From positions 75,109 to 139,108 of the forward strand of contig JBDQNU010000001.1 in assembly GCA_040261535.1 (NCBI GenBank): a stretch of DNA of 64,000 nucleotides, written 5' to 3'. The translations under genes were made by a program, and so were the position numbers. The notes under the pieces are model-generated. The model was not told the origin of the DNA. It did not search any database and was given only the letters and a program-made list of their open reading frames with translations. The DNA is from Poseidonia sp. GTDB taxonomy: Archaea > Thermoplasmatota > Poseidoniia > Poseidoniales > Poseidoniaceae. The stretch's first letter is position 1, and the number at the start of each line of letters is the position of its first letter. Of the stretch, positions 45,822 to 55,454 are shown in pieces.

Positions 45822-46613
45822 ATGTTGGGACTTGAAGGAAAAACAGCGTTCGTGTTTGGAGTTGCCAGTGAAGACTCCATCGCTTGGGCGATTTGCAAGC
45901 AACTTGCGGCTGCGGGCGTTACGCTCTATTTGGGCTATCAAAAGCGGTTCATGAGCCGGATTTTCCAACTCAAAGACCAGCTCCCCGCCATCGGGGGGTT
46001 CTATCCCTTGGACGTCTCCTCAGACGCCACCACCAAGGAATTCTTCACCGCTTTTGCAGCAGATCACCCCGGAAAAAAGGCAGACATCCTCATCCACGCC
46101 ATCGGTTTCGCCCCACGTTCCTGCTTTGACCGCCCCATCCTGTTCGTTGAAGACGAGGACATCAACACCGCCATGACCATCTCGGCCAACTCCTTGCAGC
46201 GCTGCCTTAAACACGCCTTGCCCTACTTGGCCGACGGCTCCTCGACCATCACCCTGACGTATGCGGCCTCCAATCGGTTCGTTCCGAGTTACGGCATCAT
46301 GTCGATGGCCAAAGCGGCCTTGGAGTGCTGGACGCGGGAGTTGGCCTGTCATCTCGGTCCCGAGGGTCACCGCATCAACGCCATCTCCTCCGGGCCCATC
46401 CGAACCATCGCTGCGAGCGGTATACCCGGTTTTGACCGAATTCTCGACCACGTGGAAGCCAACGCTCCGCTACGGCGCAACGTGAGCCAAGACGATGTCG
46501 CCGGAGCAACGCTGTGGCTCGCCAGTCCGCTCGCAGGTGGAGTGACGGGCCAGTGCATCTACGTCGATGCGGGCTATTCGATCACGATGGTGCCGGAGAG
46601 CATCATGAACTGA
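45822..46613 (+). CDS. fabI: Enoyl-[acyl-carrier-protein] reductase, FabI (SDR) type
   Basis: GKTAFVFGVASEDSIAWAI, HAIGFAP, YGIMSMAKAALE (Y-x6-K) and INAISSGPIRTIAASGI are collinear with E. coli FabI as I recall it. Confidence 0.92.
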   Translation: MLGLEGKTAFVFGVASEDSIAWAICKQLAAAGVTLYLGYQKRFMSRIFQLKDQLPAIGGFYPLDVSSDATTKEFFTAFAADHPGKKADILIHAIGFAPRSCFDRPILFVEDEDINTAMTISANSLQRCLKHALPYLADGSSTITLTYAASNRFVPSYGIMSMAKAALECWTRELACHLGPEGHRINAISSGPIRTIAASGIPGFDRILDHVEANAPLRRNVSQDDVAGATLWLASPLAGGVTGQCIYVDAGYSITMVPESIMN

Positions 46614-46622
46614 GGTGAGAGC

Positions 46623-49600
46623 ATGGGGTTGACCACGGAAGACGGCAAACCTTGCGAGGGGATTGAACAAGGCCCGTTTGAACCCGTTGCCATCGTGGGT
46701 CTCGGGGCGCTCATGCCCGACGCTTCGGACATCGATGCCTTTTGGGACAACATCTTGAATGCGAAAATCAGCATTCGTGAATTGCCCGAAGGTCGATGGC
46801 CGGGGCCGACTGAGCATTTTTGGAAAGAAGGCGGACCGGGCGAGCACACTGAAGGGTACACCTATGCGAAAATTGGGGCGCTTGTGGAAGGTGCGGAGTT
46901 TGATTGGCGACGCTGGCGCCAACCGCCGGGGACGCTGCCCCAAATCGACCCCTGTCAACAGTGGGCCGTGACCGTCTCGGCCGACGCCATCGAGCACGCA
47001 GGATACGACGGGGAAGAGAGAGACATCGACCGAACCCGAACGGGGGTGGTTTTTGCCAACGCTCTGGGCGGTGAAAACCGAAACATGTCAAACATCCGTG
47101 TATGGTCCAACCACACCACGACCCTCGCCAAGGAGCACGGTCTGCCTGCAGACAAGGCCGATGCGTTCCAGGATGCCGTTTTGGAAGGCACGCCGAGGGT
47201 TGACGAAGACACCATGCCCGGAGAGCTGGCGAACGTGGTTTCGGGTCGCGTGGCGAATTTGCTCGATTTGCAAGGTCCCAACCACGCCATGGACGCAGCG
47301 TGTGCTTCCTCGATGGCGGCCGTCCTCGATGCCTGCCGATTGTTGCAGACGCGACAGGTCGACGTCATGCTGGCCGGTGCTGCTGACCGGACGATGGATC
47401 CGGCCACCTTTGCGAAATTTTCAGCCATCGGGGCCCTGTCACCCACGCATTCCTCCCCGTTCGATGCTCGGGCCAACGGCTTCGTCATGGGCGAAGGTGC
47501 GGGGGTTCTCGTCCTCAAGCGCTTGAGCGACGCGATTCGTTCCGGCGATGAGATCTACAGCGTGATTCGCGGCGTCGGCGGCTCTTCGGATGGCCGAGGC
47601 AAAGGCATCACGGCGCCGAGTCAACGGGGTCAAGTGCAAGCCATCGCCAGGGCGTACAGCCAAGCCGGATATGCACCGTCAAGCGTTGAATTGGTGGAAG
47701 CGCACGGGACCTCGACCAAAGTTGGAGATGCTACCGAACTTTCGACCCTCTCTCGGTTGTGGACGGGAGTCGAGGGCACCGGCAAAGTCGCCGTGGGTTC
47801 CATCAAGTCCCAGATCGGCCACCTCAAGGCCGCAGCCGGCATTGCTGGCATCATGAAATCGGTGATGGCGCTCCACCATCGAACCATTCCCCCCAGCGCC
47901 AATTTCCAGACGCCCAACCCTACCGTGGATTGGGGCGCTATCCCGTTCTTCGTTCCCACCCAGCCCTTGGACTGGCCACGTCCCGCCGACCATCCTCGCC
48001 GGGCAGGCGTTTCCGCGTTCGGCTTTGGAGGCACCAACTTCCACATCGCTTTGGAAGGATACGAGCCCGATTTCCACGCTCCTCTGGCCGCCCAGTGGGA
48101 GGGTCGATGGCAGGCGTACAGCGGACAGGGCGATGCAGCTGCACCATCCGTGTTCGATGCCTCGCTTTCGCCAACCCTCACCCATGAAGCCCTCAAAGCG
48201 ATTGAGGGCGGCGTGTTGCTGCGCTCGGCTGCCTCGGTTGAGGCTTTGAGCGCCGATCTGGCTTCGCTCAGTTTCGAAGGCCCGTTGTTTGACGACGACC
48301 CTCGCGGCTTGCGGCTCTCGCAGGCGCTTCAGGAAGCCAGCGAGGCTTACAACGTGGGCCACCCCGTACGCTTGGCTTTGGTGGCGACCTCGTGGGCCGA
48401 ATTCACAAAACGTCAGTCCTTGGCCGTCCAAGCGATGGGCGACAAGGAAAAGTGGGGCTTTTTGCAAGCCCAAGGTGTCTTGCTCACGGACGAGGCAGCG
48501 CTACCCCCCGAGGCGAAAGCCGTTCACATGTATCCCGGTCAAGGCAGCCAATACGTCGGGATGACCGCTGACCTCGTCAAGCGATTCACGGCGCCGGACG
48601 ATGTTTGGCGTCAAGCCGACGAGACGATGGTCGAGGTGCTTGACGGCGAAACCCTCTCCAGTTTTGTGCTGCGCTCGGACCTCTCCAAAGAAGAGCGTCA
48701 AGAAGCCGAGCACAAACTCAAACAAACCGAATACACCCAACCGGCCATGCTCACGGCCGATTTGGCCATTGAGCGCACCCTGAACGCCTTCGGTCACCAA
48801 CCCGATATGGTCGCAGGGCACTCCCTTGGAGAATACGCAGCGCTGATGTCATCGGGGATTTTGGATATGGACGGTGCGTTGCGAGCCGCCGCTGCGCGGG
48901 GCACCGAGATGGGCTCGGTCGTCATCGACGACAAGGGCCTCATGGCGAGCGTGACCGCACCGTACGCCGAAGTCGAAGCGGTTTTGGAGGCGACCGACGG
49001 CTACGTCATCGCCGCCAACAAGAATTCGCCAAAGATGACGGTCATCGCCGGTGAAACCGCCCCCGTTCGGGCGGCCATGGCGTCGTTTGAAGCGAAGGGT
49101 TTCTCGTGCGTTGAACTCGCTACTTCACACGCCTTCCACTCAAGAATCGTGGCTCCTGCCAACGAACCGCTGCGCCGATTTTTGGAAGGCCTGGAGATTC
49201 GCTGGCCCAGCGTCCCCATCACCGCCAACGTTGACGGGACGTTTTATCCGACGAAGGGAGAGGAAGCCAAGGCTGCCATTTTGGAAAAACTTGCACCACA
49301 GATGGCGTCCTCGGTGGAATGGACCAAGCAGATCGAGACCATGTACGGTGCCGGAGGGCGCCTTTTCGTTGAAGTCGGGCCGAAACGTGCGCTGACGATG
49401 TTTGCCATGCAGATCTTGGAAGGCAAACCGCACGTTCCCGTCATGACCAATCATCCCAAACAGGGCGGAATCGCTTCGTTTTTCACGGCCATCGGGGCCC
49501 TTGCGTTGGCCGGCCGCCCACCCGAATGGCCTGCTCTCGACTCCCCTTCCCTCCAAGACGCCTTCAAGGCCGGTCCAATCGAAGCCCAAGGGGGCGCCGG

Positions 49601-52600
49601 TTTGGTCGCTTCTTCGACCACAGCAGAACTCGAAGCACTCCGTGTGCGTGCCCGTCCGCTGCCCGGAAGCGGCTCGCCTGCGCCGTCAGTGCCTGCGAAT
49701 TCAGCCGTGATGGCACCCCCCTCCAACGACGAGGCCGCTCTTGGTCGAGCGATACGAGGCTACGTCGGTGACCGCATCGCCGCCTTTAGCGGGTATCCAG
49801 CATCGTTCTGTCACGGTCATGTGGCTCTTGTTGACGGGTTGGGTTTGACGCCTGCGCAAGTGCAACAGGTTGCCGCAACGCTCGCTTCGGAAGCGACGAC
49901 TGACCCCGAAGTCGACGGCTATGCCGCGGTGACGGCTGGCGATTTCGAACGTTGGGTTCGCCGCCCTCCTGCAACGTGGCGCCCGATGGCTTCCGTCACC
50001 GCTCCTTCGTCTCCAATGAACGTCCCCGTTCACACGGTTGGCGCGCTTCAAACCGCTTCACGCCGGGACCAAGACCCCTACGTCGTGACGGGCGTCTCGT
50101 TGGGCCTGCCGGGAATGGACCGGGTGTTTTCAGAGGATGCGTTTGAGAAGCTTGTTCGCGGCGAGACCTGCATTAGCGAAGTCTCGGATGAATACAAACA
50201 ACGCCTGCTCGACAAGAACATCGTTCGGCTGATCAAAGGACGTGACGGCTCGGTGAACATGGACCAAGCCACCGTGTTTGGCGATATCCCGCAACTTGCC
50301 GGTCTCAAAGGGGCCTTTGACCTCGCCGACGAGTTTGGCATCGACCCCAAAGCGATTGTCGCTTGGGACATCAGCACCCAACTGTCCGTGGCCGCAGGCC
50401 TCCTTGCTCTGCGTGATGCTGGTATTCCGCTCACGCCGGTGGAGCAGGTCGGAAAGGGCGGGCTGAGGCTGATTCGGAACTGGCAGGTGCCTCAAATCCA
50501 GCGAGAGCGAACGGGGATCGTCTTCTCCTCCTGTTTCCCGGGCCTCCAAATGGCCTCAAAACATGCGAAATCCAACGGGGATGACGGCGAGGGACGCTTT
50601 GACCGGCGCTACCTCTTCCAAACGCTGAACATGGGCCATTCCCAATTCGCTCAGTACACCGGTATTCGAGGCCCCAACACCACGATCAACCTCGCTTGTG
50701 CTTCGGCCACCGCCGCCTTTGGCGTCGCCGAGGATTGGCTTGATGCGGGCCGTGTCGACCGCGTGGTCATCATCAGCGGTGACGATGTGACGGGAGACGA
50801 TCTCTGGGAATGGATTGCCGGTGGCTTTGCCGCGTCGGGCGCCGCCGCGACCAACAACGTCGTTGAAGAAACCGCACTGCCCTTTGACCGTAGACGCAAC
50901 GGGCTGATTTTGGGGATGGGCGCCGCTGCGTTCGTCGTGGAACGGCATTCGGAAGCCCAGCAAAGAGGCGTCCAGCCGATCGCCGAATTCCTCGGTTCAA
51001 CCACGGCAAATTCGGCCTACCACGGCACCCGGCTTGACGTTGAACACGTCGGGCAGGTCGTGAACGAGTTCATTACGAGCATGGAGCGGCGCTGGGGCTT
51101 TGACCGGCACCAAATCGCCCCCAACACCGTGTTCTACTCCCACGAAACCTACACGCCAGCGAGAGGGGGCTCGGCCCAATCGGAAGTGCGGGCTCTGCGG
51201 GAAACCTTTGGCGACTCAACGAACAAACTGGTCATTGCCAACACGAAAGGATTCACCGGCCATCCGATGGCGGTGGGCATTGAAGACGCGAGCATGTTCT
51301 ACGGTCTCTTGACCGGTCGGCTGCCCCCCATCGCCAACCACAAGGAGAAGGACCCCGAATTGGGAGATTTGAACCTCTCCACCGGTGGCGATTATCCAAA
51401 CGTGACCTATGGGCTTCGCTTTGCAGCCGGCTTTGGGTCGCAAATAGCGCTCTCGCTGATGCGAAAATGGCCGGTGGAAGGCGACCGCATCGACGGTGGG
51501 AAGTTGCTCGCTTGGGCCCGAGGACTCGCCGGAACGGACGATGTTGTCATGCGGGTCTTGCAAAACAAACTCGTGGCCTACGTCAACGGAGACGACAATT
51601 TGCACGGCGGCGTTCAAGGCGATGCTTGGCTCCCTACCGAGGCGTGGGAAGGAAAACCCTCTGCGCAACCGGTCGTCGCCTCAACACCCGTGGCGACCGA
51701 ACCCGCGGCGCCCTCGGTGGCTGAACCACCGGCAACGCCACCCGCACCAACTCCGGCCCCTCCTGCGCCCGTTGTTGGCGATGCAGACATGATTTCAACG
51801 GTCGTGGACGTGGTGGTTCACCACACCGGTTACCCGGCAGATTTCGTTGAGCTGGACCAGGACCTTGAGGGCGAATTGGGCATCGACACGGTGAAACAAG
51901 CCGAGATCATGGCGGACATCCGGGAACGATTCTCCCTCCCTGTCGACGAAGACTTCGTTCTTGCCGATTATCCAACCCTCAACCACATGATCGGCTACAT
52001 CCAGCGCATGACCGGCGGCGAAGCCGCCCCTGTTGTGGCGCCCGTTGCCGCCGCCACGTCTCCCGTAACCCTTCCTGAGGCCACCCCGCAGCCAGCAAAC
52101 GAAAGCGCTCCATCTGCGCCCCCGGTTGAGACGGTTGACGACGCTACGATGGTTGAAACCGTTGTTTCGGTGGTCGTTCATCACACCGGTTACCCGGCCG
52201 ACTTTATCGAACTCGACCAAGACCTCGAAGGGGAATTGGGCATTGATACGGTGAAGCAAGCCGAGATCATGGCGGACATTCGGGACCGATTTTCGCTCCC
52301 GGTCGACGAAGACTTTGTCTTGGCGGACCACCCTACGCTAAACCACATGATCGGGTACATCCAACGGATGAAGGGAGGCGCCTCCAAGGCCGCTCCAAGC
52401 GTCGTTTCCCCGCCCTCCCCGTCAAATGATCAACCGATGGCTGAACCCAAATCCGCTCCGCCCGCTTCATCCCCTGCTCCGGTCGCGACGGGCGGCCACG
52501 ACGAGATTGAATCCGTGTTGGTCGAAGTGGTGGTCAACCACACGGGCTATCCTGCGGATTTCATCGAGATGGACCAGGACCTCGAGGGTGAACTTGGCAT

Positions 52601-55454
52601 TGACACGGTGAAACAAGCTGAGATCATGGGGGAGATTCGGGAACGCTTCTCCTTGCCGGTCGACGAGGACTTCGTGTTGGCCGACCATCCAACGCTCAAC
52701 CATTTCACGGCCTACATCGTGAGGATGCAAGGCGGTGATGCAGCGGCAACCCAAGCGGAATCCAACGCTGAAGCCTCACCAGCCTCAGCCCAAGCCCCAG
52801 CATCGGCGCCTGCCGAGTCGGTGGCCACGGGCACCCGTCGGTGGCAGGTTGAGGTTGAAGCCTGTCCGGGCGTGCCATCCCCGCTTTCCCTTTCGGGAAC
52901 GGTTGTGGTTTCCGATGACGGTTGGGGCATCGCCGAGGCCTTCTGTCAACGCATGGAGGCAAGAGGTTTGAAGGCCGTGCGCGTTGGTTTTGAAAGCAAA
53001 ATCAGGGACCCATCTCGGCTTGAAGAAAACGGAAGGGTGGTCCTCAGGGCCGACCCGGAACAGCCCGAGCATCTCCAATGGATCGCCAGCGAACTCAGCG
53101 AAACCGCCTTGGCGGCCTTGGTTCACATGGCGCCAATAAAACTCGCCTCTGAACAATGGGGCGAGGACACCTACCCTTCCTCGCAGGTTGCCCTTGCCGC
53201 TCACGGATGGTTTGGACTGCTCAAGGAGTTGGGCGGGCATCTTTCAACCGAAAAGCCGGGGCTTGTCGCCTCGGTCACGGCCCTTGACGGACGCCACGGA
53301 AACATCGGCGACCGGTTCAACGCCGTTCAATGCGCTGCGAGCGGCATCACGAAATCCTATGCGTTTGAGCGCCCTGATTTGCGATGCCGTGCCTTGGATT
53401 TGCATCCTGACGTGGTATTGGACGAAACGGCCGCTGCTGAAGCCATTGAGCACGACTTGTTCGGTCTCGACGGCGAGGTTGAGGTCGGTCTGGACCGTGA
53501 CGGTCGCCGATGGGCACTCGTCGCCTTTGCGGAAGACGTCGTGGACGAGGTGAAACCGCTGACAGCGGCCGATACGTGGCTCGTCTCGGGCGGAGGCTCG
53601 GGCGTGACGGCTGCGTCCATCATCGGGGTGGCGAAGGCTTCGCCGAAAGCCGGGGCGCATTTCGTCTTGCTCGGTCGTTCGGTGCTCATCGAATCAACCG
53701 AATCTTGGATTGATTGGACGGAAGCCCAATTGACCGAAGAGAAGAACGCTTTGCGACAGCGCCTCGTCGATGCGAGCGATTCAGGCAAAGTAACGATGGT
53801 GGAATGGAACAAAGCATGGCGGGCCTTCACGCGAAGTTGCGATGTTTACCGGACGCTCCACGTCATTCAGCAAACCGGAAACACCGCTGAATACCGGTCC
53901 GTGGACGTCATGGACGCCGACGGTTTGCGTGACCTTGGCTCTTCGTTGGGCCGCCCCATCACCGGGGTGGTTCACGGAGCGGGCTTGGAAGATTCCAAGT
54001 TGGTCGCTGACAAAGGCTACGACGTCTTTGATCGTGTGGTCCGCGTCAAGGTTGACGGCTGGCGTGCTTTGCTGGGAGCCGTGAACGCCTCGGGATTGGA
54101 CGTCCCTGAATTTGCGTGTTGTTTCACGAGCGTCGCTGGACGGTTCGGCAACGGTGGGCAAACCGATTATGCGGCGGCCAACTCGATTCTTGACGCTGAA
54201 ATGGCCCGTTTGACCGCGACCTCTTCAGCTCGGGGGGTCGCCATCGGTTGGACCGGCTGGCGGGACGTCGGCATGGCGACTCGTGGGTCCATCGAAGCGG
54301 TTTTCGCCGCTGCGGGCATTGAGACGTTGGCGGTGGACGACGGCGTCGCCATCTTCGTCGCCGAGGCGTTGCAGGGCGGCAAGCGACGCGTTCTGGGCTG
54401 CGGCTCGCTCGGGCTGATGGACCGATTCTCGTCTTTCCGAGAAGCCCCGGTGAAGTTGCCTGCACCGATGTCGGAGTTGATGGCGGACCCGTCCCGTTTC
54501 CCGTTCATTGACAAGATGGTTGAACTGGAAGAACACGAGCGTCTTGTCTCGCAATGCACGCTGTCCACTGAAGACCATCCGTTCCTCATCGACCACGCCA
54601 TCGAAGGCGTTCCTTACCACCCCGGCGTGATGGCGTTGGAGATGTTTGCACAAAACGCCCTGTTGTTGCGCCCCACCACTTGCCTTGCAGGGTTTGAGGA
54701 CGTGGCGTTCGGCCTCCCCGTGAAACTTCTCAAGGGACCGATAACGGTGCGTGTCGAGGCTGAGTATCTTCGTTCCAAAGACGACATGACCTGGGTGCGT
54801 TGCCGCTTGGTTTCGGATTTGACGAATTCAAAAGGCGAGCGTTTCGGTGAGCGAGAACACCACGTGGCCACGGTTCGTCTGGTCAACAAGCAGGAAGACC
54901 TTCGGCCGTTTTTGCAGCATGAAGTCGAAGCGTTGCCCACGATCGGCACGCCGCCGGGCGGTGTGTTGCTCCACGGCCCCGAGTTCATCTATTCGCGATA
55001 TTTCCACGGGCCCCGCTTCCAATCTCACGGTGGCGTGCTCGCTGGGTTTGGTGACGAGAATGCCATCGGCATCGATGGCGTGGCCCTGATGCGCCATCAA
55101 CTTCCGGCCACCGATCAGTTTGCTAACGAGCAAGCCGGCGAGACGGTGCTGCTCGAAGCCCTGCCCATGCTCATCGAAGCCGGCTTCCAAAATGCCGGTT
55201 TGGTGGCCATGGAATCGCTTGGATACAGCAGCCTTCCCGTCGGCATCGCATGGTCCACCATGCTTCGCGTTCCTGAAGCGGACGAACACCTTCGTCTCCG
55301 CAGTTTGCAAACGGCTCATCACGACGACGGCGTCACCGAGCACGATGTGTTGATCGTCGGCGAGGACGACGCGCCCGTGCTTTCCCTCAAGGGATTGAAA
55401 CTGAAGGCCATGGCCACGGTTGAAGAGGGCCAACGGTTCTCGCTCGAGCGCTGA
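46623..55454 (+). CDS. 2943-aa type-I FAS/PKS-like megasynthase: KS - AT - degenerate carrier - KS - 3x carrier - KR - DH
   Basis: It is a single uninterrupted ORF, with a 9-nt gap after fabI and a 1-nt overlap (TGATG) with the PPTase gene. Domain motifs are listed in the sub-features below. Confidence 0.95.
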   Translation: MGLTTEDGKPCEGIEQGPFEPVAIVGLGALMPDASDIDAFWDNILNAKISIRELPEGRWPGPTEHFWKEGGPGEHTEGYTYAKIGALVEGAEFDWRRWRQPPGTLPQIDPCQQWAVTVSADAIEHAGYDGEERDIDRTRTGVVFANALGGENRNMSNIRVWSNHTTTLAKEHGLPADKADAFQDAVLEGTPRVDEDTMPGELANVVSGRVANLLDLQGPNHAMDAACASSMAAVLDACRLLQTRQVDVMLAGAADRTMDPATFAKFSAIGALSPTHSSPFDARANGFVMGEGAGVLVLKRLSDAIRSGDEIYSVIRGVGGSSDGRGKGITAPSQRGQVQAIARAYSQAGYAPSSVELVEAHGTSTKVGDATELSTLSRLWTGVEGTGKVAVGSIKSQIGHLKAAAGIAGIMKSVMALHHRTIPPSANFQTPNPTVDWGAIPFFVPTQPLDWPRPADHPRRAGVSAFGFGGTNFHIALEGYEPDFHAPLAAQWEGRWQAYSGQGDAAAPSVFDASLSPTLTHEALKAIEGGVLLRSAASVEALSADLASLSFEGPLFDDDPRGLRLSQALQEASEAYNVGHPVRLALVATSWAEFTKRQSLAVQAMGDKEKWGFLQAQGVLLTDEAALPPEAKAVHMYPGQGSQYVGMTADLVKRFTAPDDVWRQADETMVEVLDGETLSSFVLRSDLSKEERQEAEHKLKQTEYTQPAMLTADLAIERTLNAFGHQPDMVAGHSLGEYAALMSSGILDMDGALRAAAARGTEMGSVVIDDKGLMASVTAPYAEVEAVLEATDGYVIAANKNSPKMTVIAGETAPVRAAMASFEAKGFSCVELATSHAFHSRIVAPANEPLRRFLEGLEIRWPSVPITANVDGTFYPTKGEEAKAAILEKLAPQMASSVEWTKQIETMYGAGGRLFVEVGPKRALTMFAMQILEGKPHVPVMTNHPKQGGIASFFTAIGALALAGRPPEWPALDSPSLQDAFKAGPIEAQGGAGLVASSTTAELEALRVRARPLPGSGSPAPSVPANSAVMAPPSNDEAALGRAIRGYVGDRIAAFSGYPASFCHGHVALVDGLGLTPAQVQQVAATLASEATTDPEVDGYAAVTAGDFERWVRRPPATWRPMASVTAPSSPMNVPVHTVGALQTASRRDQDPYVVTGVSLGLPGMDRVFSEDAFEKLVRGETCISEVSDEYKQRLLDKNIVRLIKGRDGSVNMDQATVFGDIPQLAGLKGAFDLADEFGIDPKAIVAWDISTQLSVAAGLLALRDAGIPLTPVEQVGKGGLRLIRNWQVPQIQRERTGIVFSSCFPGLQMASKHAKSNGDDGEGRFDRRYLFQTLNMGHSQFAQYTGIRGPNTTINLACASATAAFGVAEDWLDAGRVDRVVIISGDDVTGDDLWEWIAGGFAASGAAATNNVVEETALPFDRRRNGLILGMGAAAFVVERHSEAQQRGVQPIAEFLGSTTANSAYHGTRLDVEHVGQVVNEFITSMERRWGFDRHQIAPNTVFYSHETYTPARGGSAQSEVRALRETFGDSTNKLVIANTKGFTGHPMAVGIEDASMFYGLLTGRLPPIANHKEKDPELGDLNLSTGGDYPNVTYGLRFAAGFGSQIALSLMRKWPVEGDRIDGGKLLAWARGLAGTDDVVMRVLQNKLVAYVNGDDNLHGGVQGDAWLPTEAWEGKPSAQPVVASTPVATEPAAPSVAEPPATPPAPTPAPPAPVVGDADMISTVVDVVVHHTGYPADFVELDQDLEGELGIDTVKQAEIMADIRERFSLPVDEDFVLADYPTLNHMIGYIQRMTGGEAAPVVAPVAAATSPVTLPEATPQPANESAPSAPPVETVDDATMVETVVSVVVHHTGYPADFIELDQDLEGELGIDTVKQAEIMADIRDRFSLPVDEDFVLADHPTLNHMIGYIQRMKGGASKAAPSVVSPPSPSNDQPMAEPKSAPPASSPAPVATGGHDEIESVLVEVVVNHTGYPADFIEMDQDLEGELGIDTVKQAEIMGEIRERFSLPVDEDFVLADHPTLNHFTAYIVRMQGGDAAATQAESNAEASPASAQAPASAPAESVATGTRRWQVEVEACPGVPSPLSLSGTVVVSDDGWGIAEAFCQRMEARGLKAVRVGFESKIRDPSRLEENGRVVLRADPEQPEHLQWIASELSETALAALVHMAPIKLASEQWGEDTYPSSQVALAAHGWFGLLKELGGHLSTEKPGLVASVTALDGRHGNIGDRFNAVQCAASGITKSYAFERPDLRCRALDLHPDVVLDETAAAEAIEHDLFGLDGEVEVGLDRDGRRWALVAFAEDVVDEVKPLTAADTWLVSGGGSGVTAASIIGVAKASPKAGAHFVLLGRSVLIESTESWIDWTEAQLTEEKNALRQRLVDASDSGKVTMVEWNKAWRAFTRSCDVYRTLHVIQQTGNTAEYRSVDVMDADGLRDLGSSLGRPITGVVHGAGLEDSKLVADKGYDVFDRVVRVKVDGWRALLGAVNASGLDVPEFACCFTSVAGRFGNGGQTDYAAANSILDAEMARLTATSSARGVAIGWTGWRDVGMATRGSIEAVFAAAGIETLAVDDGVAIFVAEALQGGKRRVLGCGSLGLMDRFSSFREAPVKLPAPMSELMADPSRFPFIDKMVELEEHERLVSQCTLSTEDHPFLIDHAIEGVPYHPGVMALEMFAQNALLLRPTTCLAGFEDVAFGLPVKLLKGPITVRVEAEYLRSKDDMTWVRCRLVSDLTNSKGERFGEREHHVATVRLVNKQEDLRPFLQHEVEALPTIGTPPGGVLLHGPEFIYSRYFHGPRFQSHGGVLAGFGDENAIGIDGVALMRHQLPATDQFANEQAGETVLLEALPMLIEAGFQNAGLVAMESLGYSSLPVGIAWSTMLRVPEADEHLRLRSLQTAHHDDGVTEHDVLIVGEDDAPVLSLKGLKLKAMATVEEGQRFSLER
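46680..48056 (+). other. KS1 domain (PKS/PfaA-type ketosynthase)
   Basis: VAIVGLGALMPDA; active Cys227 in NHAMDAACASS (TGT at 47301-47303); EAHGTSTKVGD; SQIGHLKAAAG; GFGGTNFHIALE. Confidence 0.9.
48522..49427 (+). other. Acyltransferase domain (malonyl-type)
   Basis: YPGQGSQYVGM; GHSLGEYAA (Ser734); TSHAFHS (HAFH motif, associated with malonyl specificity in the PKS literature). Confidence 0.9.
49740..49958 (+). other. Degenerate carrier-protein-like domain (CP0)
   Basis: IRGYVGDRIAAFSGYPASFCHGHVALVDGLGLTPAQVQQVAATL is collinear with the downstream carrier domains (TGYPADF...DLEGELGIDTVKQAEIMADI). The D-T dipeptide reads L-T (Thr1076). Confidence 0.55.
50073..51467 (+). other. KS2 domain (FabF/FabB-like, catalytic triad intact)
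   Basis: PYVVTGVSLGLPG; Cys1359 in TTINLACASATAA (TGT at 50697-50699); YSHETYTPARGG (compare HGTSTPAGD); NTKGFTGHPMAVG (compare STKSMTGHLLGAAG). Confidence 0.85.
51786..52730 (+). repeat. Three tandem carrier-protein (ACP-like) domains separated by A/P-rich linkers; DNA period ~357-360 nt
   Basis: The units lie at ~51786-52013, 52146-52373 and 52503-52730. Each encodes ...VVHHTGYPADF(V/I)E(L/M)DQDLEGELGIDTVKQAEIM(A/G)(D/E)IR(E/D)RFSLPVDEDFVLAD(Y/H)PTLNH.... Thr codons ACG sit at 51888-90, 52248-50 and 52605-07, at the position of the usual DSL serine. Confidence 0.9.
53565..54302 (+). other. Ketoreductase domain
   Basis: TWLVSGGGSGVTAASIIGVA (Rossmann), VVHGAG and FTSVAGRFGNGGQTDYAAANSILD (S...YxxxN). 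A structural sub-domain precedes it from ~52845. Confidence 0.85.
54495..55451 (+). other. PKS-type dehydratase (double hotdog) domain
   Basis: HPFLIDHAIEGVPYHPG contains HxxxGxxxxP (His2658). The ~320-aa C-terminal region fits a PS-DH fold in length. Confidence 0.8.

Noticed and set aside
51786-52730. Regularly spaced ~230-nt near-identical repeats with ~130-nt spacers, which superficially resemble an array
   Set aside because: The period (~360 nt) and repeat length are far outside CRISPR dimensions. The repeats are in frame and encode carrier-protein domains with A/P-rich linkers.
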